Below are positions 40,050 to 53,595 of a stretch of 64,000 bases of DNA, piece after piece (within the stretch, counting starts at the first letter, position 1; each line of letters opens with the position of its first letter). The translations under genes were made by a program, and so were the position numbers. The notes beneath the pieces were generated by a model. The model was given only the letters and a program-made list of their open reading frames with translations. It was not told the origin of the DNA and did not search any database. Source of the stretch: Camelus dromedarius (lineage: Eukaryota); contig NC_087436.1 of NCBI RefSeq assembly GCF_036321535.1, positions 96,970,001 to 97,034,000 of the forward strand, in the 5' to 3' direction.

Positions 40050-42140
40050 TTAAATAAACCTTTTTAGAAGAGTTTTAGATTTATAGGAAAATTGTGAATA
40101 TAGTACAAAGAGTTCCTATATATCCCCTACCCAATTTTCCCTATTTTTAATATCTTATACTAGCACAATGAATGAATCAATACTGATATATTAAGTAAAA
40201 GCCATAGTTTACTTGGAGTTCCTTAGTTTTAACTTAATTTCTGTCTTATGTTCCAAAACCCCATCCAAGTTACTACATTACATTAGTCATCATATCCCCC
40301 TAGGTTCCTTCTAGCTTTGATGGTTTCTTGGATTTCCATTATTTTGAAAACATTGACATTTCAGGGGAATGTGGGTCAGATATTTTGTAGGATATCTCTC
40401 ACCTTGAATTTGTCTGATGTTTCTCTCATGATAAGACTGGAGTTACAGGTTTTTGTGAGGAAGACCATGGAGGTAAAGCGCCCGCTCTCATCTCATTACA
40501 TCAAGATTACATACTCTCACTATGACTTATCTCTTCTGATGTTAACTTTTTTTTTTTTTATTTTTCACTTCAACCTCATCTAACTAGTAGAATTCAGATA
40601 TATGTTTGGTGGGCTGTATATATTTTTCTAATTCATTTTTTACTCTTTTTATCTTGATGTTTCAACCTGGGTGATTTCTGTTGACCTACCTTCAAGTTCA
40701 CTGATTCTTTCCTCAGCTGTGTCAGGTCCACTGATGAGCCCATTGAAAGCATTCTTATCTCTGTTACTCTAATTTTATTTCTAATATTTAGTTTTCTTTA
40801 TTCCTCTATTCTTCACCTCTCTGCTAAAATTCTCCACTTATTCATCCATATTGTCCAACTTTTCCACTAAAGCCTTTACATATTAATCATGGTTATTTAA
40901 AATTGGTGTCTGATAGTTCTAACATTTGGGTTCTATGTAAATATGATTTTATTTATTACTTTGTCCATTGATAGTATGTTGTTTTTTGCTTACTTCTTTG
41001 TGTGTTTTGTAGTTTCAATTGAAAGTGTAACATTGTGTATAGGACAGTAGAGACTGAAGTAATTAGTATTTATAGCTGGAAGTAGGCAAACCTCTTCTTC
41101 TGCTAGTCTTTTAGCATGTAGGGAAGGGGGGATTTTGTTACAGCAAAGATTCACTTTCCATGCATTACTGGCCTCGATTCCTGTAGTATTACCTTGTGCT
41201 TGTGGTGAGAGCTAGTTTGCTAGAGGGCTTTTTACAATGCTCCTGTTCCACCCTCAGCTTTAGGCATTTCCTGTGAACCCTTGCTTCAGAGAGGATTTCC
41301 TCTCCAAGTTTTTGTCCACCTCCCAGCAAAAGACGGCTGCTGCTTGTTATTCAGTGGTTACTAGTCTGATGGTGGAGGGAAGCAGGGTCCACTATTGCCT
41401 TGATTCAGGTTCCGTCTTAGATGGGCTCTGTATCACTGCATCTCAGGTCTTTCTGTGATCCTTCCTCTCCCTCAGTAGTCCAACAAATCTTCTGGCCCAG
41501 GCCCAGGAGATTTCCTGTCCCTACCAAGGTGTACAGTGTTTTTTTTCCCCTCTTTTCCAAGCCACACTTGAGTCTTGACCTGTGACCTAACTATGGCAAG
41601 ATTTACTGCCCATCCCCCAGTAACACAAGGCTTTTTTTTTCCCCATGGGCCGAAGCATCCAGGTGGACTTTGTCTCTCCCCTAGTAGTGATCCTCCTCCT
41701 CTCCAGACCTGGATCGTGAGGGAAGCTTGCTGTCTGTTCTTACCTCTTCCCAATCTTTTTGTAAACATCCAGTGGAGAAGAGCCTCTGAGTGGGTACAAA
41801 TTCCCCTTGCAGCTTCAGATTCAAGGGGTTCTATGTTCTCACACTTGCCCACACTTCACTTTTAGCAACTTTTCATTAAAAATTTTAGCTGACTTCCTCC
41901 TAGCAACATGCATGGAAGCCCCATCTTCCACCTGTGATCTTTCACAGGAGTTGGTGTATAAGGCCTGTATCTCCTTAAAGGTACCTGCTGCCATTCCTTT
42001 GACTTCAGGTTAGTTGGTGGACTTGCAGCTCCATCTCTGATGGATTCAAGAAAATTGTAGATCATCTTGCTTTTTCTGGATGTTAGGGTATGAGAAATGC
42101 CTTTCCCAGATCTTTGTCTCTTAAGCAGATGCCAGAAGTC
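40050..42140 (-). mobile_element. L1MD-type element: 3'UTR (40050-40545) joined to 5'/ORF1-region fragments
   Basis: ggtcagatattttgtaggatatctctc...gtgaggaagaccatggaggtaaag (3'UTR), then ttgacctaccttcaagttcactgattctttcctcagctgtgtc (ORF1 region, antisense) and a more GC-rich 5' segment. Confidence 0.7.
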
Positions 42141-42261
42141 CCCAGTCTATTTTAAAATGAATGCATAATAATTTTTAATGCTCATCCATATCCACCTGGA
42201 ATCATCTAGGTTACTGCCATCTAGGTTACAAAGTGTCAGACTTTGAAATACGCTACTATAC

Positions 42262-42435
42262 TGGAAGGTAAATGGACTAGATATCAAGAAACTTGGGTTC
42301 TATCCCTGCTTTGCCAATAAAGAGGTGCATAGCCTATGGAATGTTACTTAAACACTCTGAACTTCAGTCTCCTCATGTGCAAAATGAAGGTGTTGCATCA
42401 CCTTGTTCCCTAAGAGCCCTTCCAGCTCCAACTCT
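42262..42435 (+). mobile_element. MIR-family SINE
   Basis: ttgggttctatccctgctttgcca...gttacttaaacactctgaacttcagtctcctcatgtgcaaaatgaagg...tccagctccaactct. Confidence 0.7.
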
Positions 42436-44205
42436 GTTATATTTCGTATTTTTGTAAAGAAACAAGTATTTTCACTTGCTTTTAATTTGTGTGTACATTT
42501 TTCACTGAATAGAGAATTGATGTTAGAACTCGGACAAATTTTTCCTAGAAGCAAACTACTTCCTGGCAGCAAGTTGGATCCTTAGTAAATTGCACTAAAT
42601 GGTAAATTTAGGAAGTGAAGCTATGAAATAGCCACATGTTTGTGTGCTTTTCTAGCTTAGGAGCCCATTCAGTAAAACAACTGATTAAATTATTGGCAAA
42701 ATGTGGACAGCAGTAACTCCACAAATTGAAAAATTGTAAAAAAAAAAAAAAAGTTTTCCCTAAATAATACCCGTAGAATTGTACTCCATATTTCCAAGAA
42801 TATGCTGAGTTTATAATTCACTTGAAAGACTTAAGTTATCAAGAATATGAATATTTTCATAAAAATATATGTATTTATGTGTTCACTTTATCAATCATTT
42901 TTACACTAAATGAAGTATCCAAATAAATACTATACTTATTTAAGTGTTAATGTTAATCTCCCAAGATTTCTTTGCCTTGATTTAAGATATAAATAAAAAA
43001 TTAGACTTGTTGAATTTTTGCTACAGTAGAAAAGTTCATGACATATTATAATTTATAATAGAGGAAAATAGGTGCTGGCATAATTATTCCTTAGTTGTCT
43101 CCAGTAACAATATTGAATTTTTAATCTATAGTGAGTCTCTTCTTATTCTCTAACTTTATCTGATAAATATTGGCACATAATTTGGGTACATGTCAAATAT
43201 TACATTAGAAATATTTTTATTTATGTGGATACAATACAGGTTTTAATCTGACCATAGCACTAAGCTATCATACTGACCATTCCCTGATTATTCAGAAAGA
43301 GCCATGTTCCTGATTGATCTGCAGGGTGGTTTCCAGGTAAAATGTGAGGTGTAGATCCCTCAGCTTCCAAAAGCAGTCTTAGACACCTGGTGAACTTTCC
43401 AGATGTGTGGTCCCACATCCTTACCCCTCTCCTTTGAGGTGTTGTGTCAAGCCCAATCACATTTGTTGAGCACACACTTTGCACAACATATCAAATATAA
43501 TGATGCAGTGAGGCATAAATATAAGTAAGACAGTTTTTGCTTTTAATATGCTTATCATCTCAAGGAAAACAAAGAGAAGAAAGTACCCAACATCAAGAGG
43601 ATGAGCGTCAAACCCAATACAAACAAGCTCTGTAGTTTCAAATATTGTACCAAAATTTTTTGCAGTGCTTCTCAGGAATGCTTCTAAAACCTGATAGTCA
43701 GAAGTACATAAGGAACCTACTGAATTGGAAGCACAAGCTTTGGTCCCAGAAATCTAAATTTTTAGAAAATTCAACAATGACTTTGATGATCAGCCAAATA
43801 GGCAGCCACTGTTTTAGAGCTTAGCAAAGTGAGGAACATTTTCTTTAACCTATTTTTTTCTCCTGGCAAAATAACCACAATGGTGTGGAGGGACATTCCT
43901 TAATTAATGCTTAAGTGTAGGAACATACCTTAATTAATGCTTAAGTGTAGGAAGAAGGGAGGGCTCTCACTCAAGGCTGGCCTTGATGGTACCAGAGCTG
44001 TAGGGAAGAGGAGATGATGTTCAGCATAAGGATGGAGAGGTGTGTTGATCACTTTGTTCCTTGTCACTGTGAGCGGCCCAGAACCTGACACCCTTCTGGT
44101 CATGAGGATATATTCACAATGATCCAAATTCTATCAGGTGAAGGTTTTGATCATTATTTTTGGCTGAGATTCCTTCTCTTTAGAAACATGTGAAAGAAGG
44201 TAGTA

Positions 44206-44385
44206 CAGTCAGCCCTCTGTATCCACCAGTTCCACATCCATGGATTCAACCAACAGTGAGTCAAAAATATTTGAAAAAATATTCCTGCGAGTTTCAGAAA
44301 GCAAAACTTGAACTTGTCACACACTGGTAGCTATTTACGTAGCATTTACAATGCACTTACAGCTGTTTACACAACATTTACATTT
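44206..44385. mobile_element. MER2-like TcMar-Tigger MITE, one end only
   Basis: ta|cagtcagccctctgtatccaccagttccacatccatggattcaaccaac...tttacgtagcatttaca. Confidence 0.7.
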
Positions 44386-44769
44386 ACTCCAAGTCTGTAA
44401 TAAAAATGGCAAGCAGATGCAGGAGACTTGGAGGGAAGGAAAGCACCCTGGCGTGCCATCACATGCCACAGGTGTGGCCACCAGCTTATCCTGTTTGTTC
44501 CAACTCCGCTTCTATTTAACCCTGTCTTCCCCTAAAGCTATTGAAGCTTTGTTCTTTTAACTTCTTTAAATCACCCATGTTCCCTGTTTGATCTGTTCTT
44601 TCTCTTATAGTTCCTGTCAAGGTAGATGGTCTTAGTAAATTCCCAAGGAAAAGCCTGTTTTTCTCCGCTTGGTTCAAGACCTGGTAAAAGTACACAGTCA
44701 CTAACAGACTTTTTGATAGTTTAATAATTACATTCTTTGAACCATAAATTCTCTAAGGAAGAAAAAAAT

Positions 44770-45200
44770 CCTTTGGTTCAAGACCCCATTCCACTTTAAA
44801 AATGGAAGACCTCAAAGTGCTTTTTTCATGTTGGTTATGTCTGGCTATATTTACCATATTATAAAATAAAATTCATGAAATATTTATTGATTAATTTATT
44901 TTAAAATAACAATTATAAGTCCATTATATGTTAACATAACTAAAATATTTTCATTAAAAATAACTATGTTTTCCTAAACAGAAAAATAATAGGGAAGAGT
45001 GGCATGGTTTAAATTTTCACAATTTAAATTATGTAGCCTCTAGCAAATTCCACTGTATAATTAATAAAAGGATGAGAATGAAAAGTGCAAATAACATGTT
45101 AGTTATATTGCAGAGAGTTTTTGCCTCATCTCCTCAGATCCTCCAAAAGAATTTCAGGGACCCCACTGACACCAGGAGTTCACGTTTTGAGAACTATTGC
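44770..45200. mobile_element. hAT-Charlie (Charlie2-like) deletion derivative
   Basis: aaataacaattataagtccattatatgttaacataa...gaagagtggcatggttt...cagggacccc...ttttgagaactattg. Confidence 0.6.
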
Positions 45201-45559
45201 TCTAAGTGATAAACTAAAAGAAATATAAGTGGCATCTCGCTGTAGTGCCATCTAGAATAGCAAAAATAACAGGGGAAAAATAAAATTTAATGTATAGTTT
45301 TATTTATCCAGTCACTTTGCTTGATATTTACCTGTTTAGGTGCAAAGATGATTACAGATAGATTTCACCTAGTACCTTCTGTTCTGTTGCCACTAGATCC
45401 TTGACTGGTGTTGTACAACCAGAAGGATCCTAGTAGGTAAAATATGACTTGATTTTAAAGTCTTTATTATACCCACATTTTAGGAAGGGAGTTCATGTCT
45501 CCTGCATGAACCCTCAGACAGAGGGAGGCAGCCTATGGCTGCTATTCACACTGGTGTTT

Positions 45560-45970
45560 TCTACATTTAAAATAAAATACATAAAATGACAAAGGTGAAA
45601 TTATATTGAAATGCAGGCATCAGTATATTTAATTTAGGTATAATAATAACTGGTATTTTAGTAACTCATAAAATAATGAAATCTAATGAGAGGAAAATAA
45701 CCAATATCATGTCGTAGTACTGGTATGCATAAGTCATACTTTAAGAAACAGATCTAAAACAATCTGAAATAATTGTAAAGTGACAGGAAAATATCTCTGA
45801 TTTCTATTGTGACAAGGTCAGATACTACTACTATTTCTGCGGTTTATTGCCTACATTCAGCTTTGTTAGTAAAAATATAAATATAATTTTTAACTCATCT
45901 TTGTTCATAAAGTCTCTGAATTCTATCCATAGATGCCTTTGCAATATGTGAACTCTAGATTAAGAAATGT
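45560..45970. mobile_element. hAT-Charlie (Charlie4-like) fragment
   Basis: gatttctattgtgacaaggtca...ggtttattgcctacattca...ctgaattctatcca. Confidence 0.55.
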
Positions 45971-45982
45971 TCTTCTAGAGAG

Positions 45983-46162
45983 CAGATGTTTCTCAAAATG
46001 TGCTCCTCAGACCAGCAGAATCACAATCACCTGGAAACTTGTTAGAAATACAATTTGATGGGTCCTACTCCAGACATACCGAATCATTAGCCGGGGGTGG
46101 GGGGGGACCAGCCATCGGTGTCTCAGTAGGTACTGATGCACACTAATGTTTGGGAACCCCTG
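45983..46162. mobile_element. MER5A-like hAT-Charlie MITE
   Basis: tttctcaaaatgtgctcctcagaccagcagaatcacaatcacctggaaacttgttagaaatacaa...tgatgcacactaatgtttgggaacccctg. Confidence 0.8.
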
Positions 46163-48208
46163 TCCTAGTGGTCCAGTCTACTCAGGAACAGAGTGTCCTG
46201 CATTAAAGCAAGGGCGGGTGAGCAAGGCACCTAGTCAAGAGCTGGAGCAAAATGGAGCCCTCTCTGAGGTCATGCAAAATTCTTTGTGCTAGAAGATGCA
46301 GCAAGAAACACAGAACACTAAAAGAATTAGAAAAGGATTTGGGGACCGTCTATTTCAGGAGTGGTATATTGTTTCATATTAAATGATAACTCAATGTTAG
46401 TAAGTATGTTGAAAACTACTGGGTTTAAGAATGAGGATTTTGGTTGAATTTGAGTGAAGGAATGAATGAATGAATGGTGTCATGATGTTACGGATACGTG
46501 TAGGGGTGGGAGAATTACAACCCTCAAGCAGTATGTATTCTACCCCAAATACATCCCATTTTTTCATCCTTAAGTGAAAAAACTTGAGACAGAGGTATCA
46601 AGGGACTTGCCAAAAGTTAACAGTCAATTAGTTTCAGTGCCCTGAATATTGATGTTTTCACATAATGTCATAAAGCAGTAACTTCACAGCCCCATACTAT
46701 GCAATTTTTACATACTCTAACCCAGGCTCTTCTCCAAAAGGCAAAGTTGCTCCTCTGCAAGATTTTATAAACGAGATAAATAGCTCCTTTAGAGCTGACT
46801 ACAGTGTTCTGTTCAATGACTAGGAGTGGCAATTTAACTTCTTTACATGCTATTCAAAACAGTGCAAGTCCCAAACAGACAATACATGAACAATTCTCTT
46901 CTAGAAAGACAACTTGAGACATTAATTGAAACAGATGTTACTGAATCAAAAAGTATTTACATTCCCAAATACATAAGAAAAACAAAGAAGAGGAGAATTG
47001 TTTTCTTGAATGGAGACATATAATTCGATGTAATGAGTTAAAATGAAAGAAAAGGAAATTGAACCTGGGTGAAGGGCATCCTGACAGTAAATGCTAACGA
47101 ATAATGGCGCACACTTCAAGGGAGACACAAGAAGATCCATTACTTAGGAAGCTTAGAATACATTCTCACGACAAGATTTCCTTTCATGAAGCTGTAGGTT
47201 GGAGGGCAAGTTTGCTGCTTTTGTGCCTTATTTGTGTATTTGGAGACTTAGTAAACTTTCAAGATCATGTTGTTTAACCCTTTTGTAGTGGGTTGTCCAA
47301 ACCCTTCTAATAATACTGAGTAACATTTCACATAGATCTTGAAATGGGAAAGGAATTCTCTTAAAATAAATAAAAGGGCTTTTATTCTCCAAGTATTTTA
47401 GTTAAATGATATTTCATCATAGTTACATATTATGAATAGAGCAAATTTAAACTACCCACGAAGCTTTTGCTCCTGAGGAATACTAAGGTTAAATAAAAAA
47501 AGATCTTGCACAAAAATTATAGGGATTTGTCCAAAATAAAAATCTTAAATGGTCAAAGAATATTTAACCCAGGCTACATAAATAAGAAGAGAGGAAAAAC
47601 GTAAGTGAAGAGAGGTCAAGGTTATTGTAGGAAACATGTACATTGAAATAAAAGATTACAGTAATAAAAGTGCCCTTTTATTTGCTCATACTGTTCTCAT
47701 GGGAAAAGCTTTTGCATGGACTTCTGAGTCTCACAAAGGAAAGAAGGATGAATTCTAGTCCAACTGCTGCAGAGACGTGGGTAGTCATAACAAAATTTTT
47801 AAAATGTAAATGTCTGAATTAAATGGCTCACAGCCCTGAAAAATATCTCATGTTCAAAAGTTATATATTATGGTTGGACCACAACTGCCACAAACCTTCA
47901 CCCAGAGTCAGCAAATATGTATCTGGCAAAATTAATAAAAATTCAGAGACTAACTCTGAAAACAAGGGACTTGAGAGGTCATAAAATCATAGAAAATCAA
48001 ATTATAAGCTCTGAATTTAGAAGGAAACATAGAGATCCTCTATTATAATCATTTCTCATTGCTTTTTCTTTTTCCCTTTTCTTGCTTTGCTTTTTATTGA
48101 ACATATTTCTAAATTCTATCATCATACTTTCCTACCTTCTGAAGCAAATAATTCTGAACATAAACTGTACTTTTGTTAATGATTCAAAGTTACCAGCCAA
48201 AAGGGGAA

Positions 48209-48797
48209 TGCATTAGTTTTCTTTTGCTGTGTAGCAAATTATCACATACTTAATGACTTGAAGACCACATATTTATATGCTTATCATTTCCATAGGTTAG
48301 GAGTCTGGCACATTTCAGCTAGTCCTTCACTCAAGCTAGGTCTCAGGAGGCTGAATTCAAGATGTTGGCCAGCCTTGTCCTCATTTGGAGGTATGACTAG
48401 GGAAAGCTACACTTCCATGCTCCATCAGGCTGTTGATAGACTTCATTTCCTTGGGGTTGTAGGACTGATGTCCCCATTTTCTTGCTAGCTGTCATCAGGG
48501 ACTGCTTTCTTCTCCTAGAAGCTACACTTAGATCTTTACCATATGCCCCCTTCTAACTCAGAAACTGAGAACCTTCCTCCTCTTGAATCTCTTTCAGTTC
48601 TCTCTGACTTTTCCTTCTGAGTCCAGCTCATGTGATTAGGTCAGGCCCAAGTGAATAATCTCATTTTAAAATCAACTGTGCCAACTCCTAATCCTAGAGT
48701 TAAATCCATAACACTCATAATCCTGAGGATTACTTAGAGTGTCTATGACAAAAGACTGAGAAATCTTGGGGATCATCTTAGAATTCTGCTGACTGCA
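48209..48797 (-). mobile_element. MLT1E-like MaLR LTR
   Basis: tgcattagttttcttttgctgtgtagcaaatta...ctcatgtgattaggtcaggccca...atcttagaattctgctgactgca. Confidence 0.8.
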
Positions 48798-49439
48798 GAG
48801 TTCTATGGAGCGGAGAGAACATAGACTCTTGAAATCAGATAGGGATGGACTTAAAAACCTAACTGCACCACCTGGTATATAATAGCTGCTTTATAAATAC
48901 TTGTTGATTGAATGATGAATGGGTGAATAGGTAAACAAATGAACAAGGAAATGTGTAAATGAATGAACTTTTAACATTTCAAAACCTGTTCATCATCTAG
49001 GAAAGAAAAATAATACCAAATAATTGAAGGATACTTAAGAGAATAAAATGAAATTATACATAAAAAGTTCTTGGCATACAGTCAGCCTTCAATAAATTGG
49101 TATTTATTATTTATCTTTCCTCAGTGGCATAATATTTGGGCTTATCATTCCTATAATGGCTTCTAATTTCCCCCATTTGCTGTGGCAGTCTGCTGTTAAT
49201 ACCAACAGTTCTGATCTTTGCATTTTTGATGCCTTTCTCATCAATTTTTTGTCTTTTTCCTTGCCTATAGAGCCCAGAGCTCTACTGCTTTTATTAAAGT
49301 CTGATAGCATTGATAACCAGCGCTAGTCTGGTTTCTTCCTTATACCTGGTAAATTAATTGTATCGATCAGGGTAATAGGGAGTTACAATCAAATATATTT
49401 TTTCACATATACTTTCTATGCTATGTATTATAAGCAGGC

Positions 49440-49680
49440 TGTGAATCTCTTCTGTGCTCTAGGATCCAGGCTAACAGAATATTCTTCATTGAGACTTTGC
49501 TGACCTCAAAGCAGGGAGAAAAGAAACATGGTGGAACCACTCAATGGCTATGTAGCTTCTGCTCATATATGTCACATATTTCATTGGGCACTCTAAGTCA
49601 TATGGCCAAGAGTAACATCAATGGGTCAGGAATGTATTGCTTTCCTACAAAGAGAAATGGCAAATACTTTAATACAGTCA
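49440..49680 (-). mobile_element. Old MLT1 (J/K-like) fragment
   Basis: ggatccaggcta...cacatatttcattgg...aagtcatatggccaag...catcaatgggtcaggaa. Confidence 0.55.
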
Positions 49681-51344
49681 AGTACATTTTAGTAGTCATC
49701 TTTGTATGTTTGACTGTTTTCAGTTGTCCTCATTTTTGCTTTATGTTCAGGGGCTCTTCCACTGCCATCACACTGTTGTTGGTTTGTGTGTTTTGTGATG
49801 CTTTGTGGAAGGGGTAATATTCATCTTTTTTTAAGAATTCAATCCCAGAAATACATTATTTTAAAATCACAACTAAAATGTTCTGAAAAATATCACTTGA
49901 TTATTTTTAAATAATAATCTTAATTCAGAATTTGAATTTTAATAAAAATCTTACTTCATTTTGAATGTAAGCCATTTTTATTTTCTGACAAACATAGCAA
50001 CACTCCATTCAGAACCTTTCAGAAGCTAGAAGGTAATTATTTAGACATCAAATCAGTTAATAGCACTTACTGGAAAGTGAAGTGAGTCAAAATTACATTT
50101 ATTCCATAATACTTTTAATAGTTTAACTTTTAATTTCTATATCCAGATAGCTTCAAAGAAATTATACATATTGTTTTCTGTGATCAGTAATAGATTCCAC
50201 TATTATTTCTGCTGCTTTGATTAAAGAAACAGAAGATACAATGAAACATAAAGCCTCTACAGGTGCTGGAGTTTCTGTGTACCTTGTTCCTTCATATCAA
50301 ATGAGAATTAGACATTTCAGAATATTAGAGAAGAAGTTAGCCACAGAGTGATGCACTATTACATTAACAGTATATTGACCATAAGTGAGGTTATGCCCTC
50401 TGCCCTAAAATAACTTATAAAAAAAATTTAAGTATCATGCAAAACAATTATTCGTCAACATAAAAGGATTTCTCTGTAGTCTTGAATGTTTCCTTAATTT
50501 TATCTGAGACACAGAGGCCCTCTTGTGGTGGCATCTAGGTATTTGCCATGACTATTTGTTAAGTTTCAGCTTGTCTGGCACAGATACAGCCTTTCAGGTG
50601 GAGCAAGGCCTGGGTCACTTTCAATCTTTGAAGCCATCAGCATGTATAAAAATGGCCAAAAATATGCTATAAGTAATATAATACAGTACATTTAAAAATT
50701 TTAGCACACAAATATAATGAAATATAATTTTTCTCTTTAAAATGAGAGAAAAAAATCAAAAATACTGATTCACAGTGTATGATTGGGTGTGTAGTCAATT
50801 AATGGGACCAAATTTAAAGGTGTACAATAATCAGCTTCCAGGGATGTCAATTCAGCTTTATGATTTGGGGGTGGCTATTTTCACTAAGACAGATTACTGA
50901 AATTATATTTGAGTTCCTCTGGCTCAGTGTCCTCTGAGTCCTTCCCAGCTATCTGAACTCCCTGCCTCAGCTCTTGACTCCACCCTACCTAGTCTTATGA
51001 ACAGATGAATTGTCTCAAAAGAAGACTATAAACCAAGGGAAAAAACCTTTTATATTCAGCACAGCACAGAGCCTACTCTGTTTCCTCCACTCTCCCTCCT
51101 GTGTTACTCTTGGGCCTGTGATAACCATGAAAAATAAAAACAATAATTGAGAGAGTACTTTGGGCAGGAATTCAAAAGAGTAGGCAATACCCTTCAGCTT
51201 CCATGTATATAAAGATCACTTCAGTTATTCACTAAGAATACAGTCTCCTCGAGTCTGTAGCCAAAGTTTCTGGCTTAGAGAGCTAAGCTGTGGTCTGGTG
51301 AAACTGAATCTTCACATTCTAGATTTCTCTAGGTCCACTTGGCT

Positions 51345-51501
51345 AGAAGAATGATTCTTAGCCTTGGCTGCAGAATCAACTGGGGAGCTTTAAAATTATG
51401 ACTCCCAGGAGTCACCCAAGACTACTTCAATCAGAATTTCTCCAGGTGGATCCAGGCACCCTCTGCTGAGTCTAACATGCTGCCAATTTAGGAACTACTG
51501 G
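51345..51501. mobile_element. MER5-like MITE
   Basis: cttggctgcagaatcaactggggagctttaaaa...aatcagaatttct...tttaggaactactg. Confidence 0.6.
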
Positions 51502-51522
51502 ACCAGAGCACAGAAGCATAGA

Positions 51523-52163
51523 TGTTGCAGCCCACTCAGCCTCGGACCACCAGGCACATACTTAAAGTTTAACAAAGTTGGGTTTAATGGCTCACTAAAA
51601 TGAAAGAGACTGTGCACCAGAGAAACAGTGGTGTATCACTAAACAAAGGCAAGGACAGTTACTTGAGGTCTTAGGAGAAGGGTGGAGCTGAGTGTTCTGA
51701 TGGGTTCAAAGCAAAGCAGAGCTGTGTGAAGGGCTCAACATCAGGTCTTCACTGCAAAGTGGACCCTGAGTCCTGTTTCCTTGGAAACGTTAATGTTGAG
51801 ATAGATGTGTTTGTTGTATCCAGAAACCTTTATCCAATGCTCTGTACCCAGGTTGTCAACTGAGACTGCTTTCCTGTCGAAATGACTTACATCCTCCAGG
51901 CAAGAGAGCAGTATTTCTTCCTTATTGTTACAATTTCAAACAGCAAAGTTTCTGGTAGTCTTGTGATTTGGGAGAACAAAATTTCTCAGTGTGTAAGAAA
52001 GCAGCAGTCTCTCAAAGAAGGGAACACTTTACAGCTGCAGTGTGTTTGAGGGAGAAATACTGAATCCTGTTAACCTTGCAGCTGGCTTCATCTCTGCCTG
52101 TTATTCCAGCCTGATGAATGGCAAAGCAGATGTTTACAGTCCACGCTAAATTTTACCTTTTCA
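51523..52163 (-). mobile_element. ERV1-type LTR (MER90-like, tentative)
   Basis: The ends are tg...ca; aacaaagttgggtttaatggctc...ccagcctgatgaatggca...aaattttaccttttca. Confidence 0.5.
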
Positions 52164-53439
52164 GACATGACACCTGCCCCTACAGTGTCGCTTCCAAAAG
52201 GAAGATGGAACGGGAAAAGAGGGTCCAAGCCTGTCACCGTGTGGATATTATTCATGCATTAATTCAACAAAGACCTATTGAGTACCTACTATGTGCTGGG
52301 ACCTGTACAGGGTGCTGAAATTCAATGATGAACAAAACTCGATCTCTGCTTGCAAGACACTTACAGACTGATTGGAGAAAAACACAGATAAATAGGCAAT
52401 TACTACAGGGTTCAGAAGTGCTATAACTATAAGTAGTGCCAAGGACGATAAAGGTACTCAGGGAACTGGAAAAACGTTACCCGAGGTTATGGAAAAGAGA
52501 GGACTACGGAAGGGAGAGGGGTGGAGGGAGCTAAGGGCAGGAAGTCAGAAGTAAAAATAACCAGGAGTTTGAAAACAGAATCGTCTGGGCTCTAATCCAG
52601 GCTCTGCCACTGACTGAGCTTCACTGTAACTCTGTGTTGCAGTTTTCTCATCTGTAAAGTAAGGATAAGAAAACAGAGAAACATTCAGTGAGTGCCAGAT
52701 GGAGTTCTAAGTCATGGGAAGACATCACTGAACAAAAGAGACGGGCTCCCTGACCCTTGCATAGCATGCCCTCAGGCGGGGGTTTGCAAAAAAATAAACA
52801 ATAACCATAATTGAACTGTGAAATATTTAGTTTGTTAGGTAGTAAATGCAGAGTGGGGAGAATTGAAAGCTCCAGTGGAGGACACCTGAAAGAAGGGGCA
52901 AGATGAGGGTTAAATGATGTGCAGTTTGTCAGAACATCTTGACGTCTGTAGCTCGGGGCATTCTGATGAGGTCGAGTCACAGAAGCCATGCTTAGCTAAG
53001 CCACAGGGGGACGCCCAAGCCCAGCGTCAGCCACTGTTTCAACTTCACTCAACATTTTCCTTTTCTTCTGGACTACTGCTTTTCTAAATTCAGCGAGCCT
53101 GACTGTGTGCCTTAGACAAACTTCTCATTTGATAGCACAACTCTGGCTATAACTCAGAGGGTCCCCTCAGTAGAAGTATGTTGGGGCTGCTCATCAAACA
53201 GCAGTTGACATTTCTTGCAAACACTGATAGCAGTTGGAGAGTGTATGGTAGGACCCTCTTTTGCTTATAATGTTCCAACTTTCCCTTAACTTATTCCACC
53301 CTTTCTTTACGCCCTGCTTCAAACCAAAAGTTAAGACAATTGTTCTCAACACCCTCCCTTAGGTCCATGCACCCTATTCTTAAGTCCAGTGATAGCATTT
53401 CTCTGTTCTCCCAACTGCCCTCCCCCATGCCTGGAACTA

Positions 53440-53595
53440 TGTGGAAGTTTTGTTTCTCACACTTACTAGGGTATGATCTGCATATTTGATAGGTGAAGGT
53501 CAGGGGTGCTGAATGGCCTACAATGTGTGAGCCAGTTCAGGTTACTTAAAATATTTCAGCCAAGATGCCAGTAACACTCCCATTGAGAAACACTG
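53440..53595. mobile_element. MER20-like hAT-Charlie fragment
   Basis: ggtcaggggtgctgaatggcctacaatg...agccaagatgccagtaacactcccattgagaaacactg. Confidence 0.55.

Noticed and set aside
41472..42065. Overlapping 67-126 aa ORFs in a GC-richer patch
   Set aside because: They lie within the 5' region of an old L1 and show no coding signature.
43893..43953. 30-bp direct repeats as a CRISPR-like array
   Set aside because: There are only two adjacent copies, no spacers, no cas genes, and the context is mammalian.
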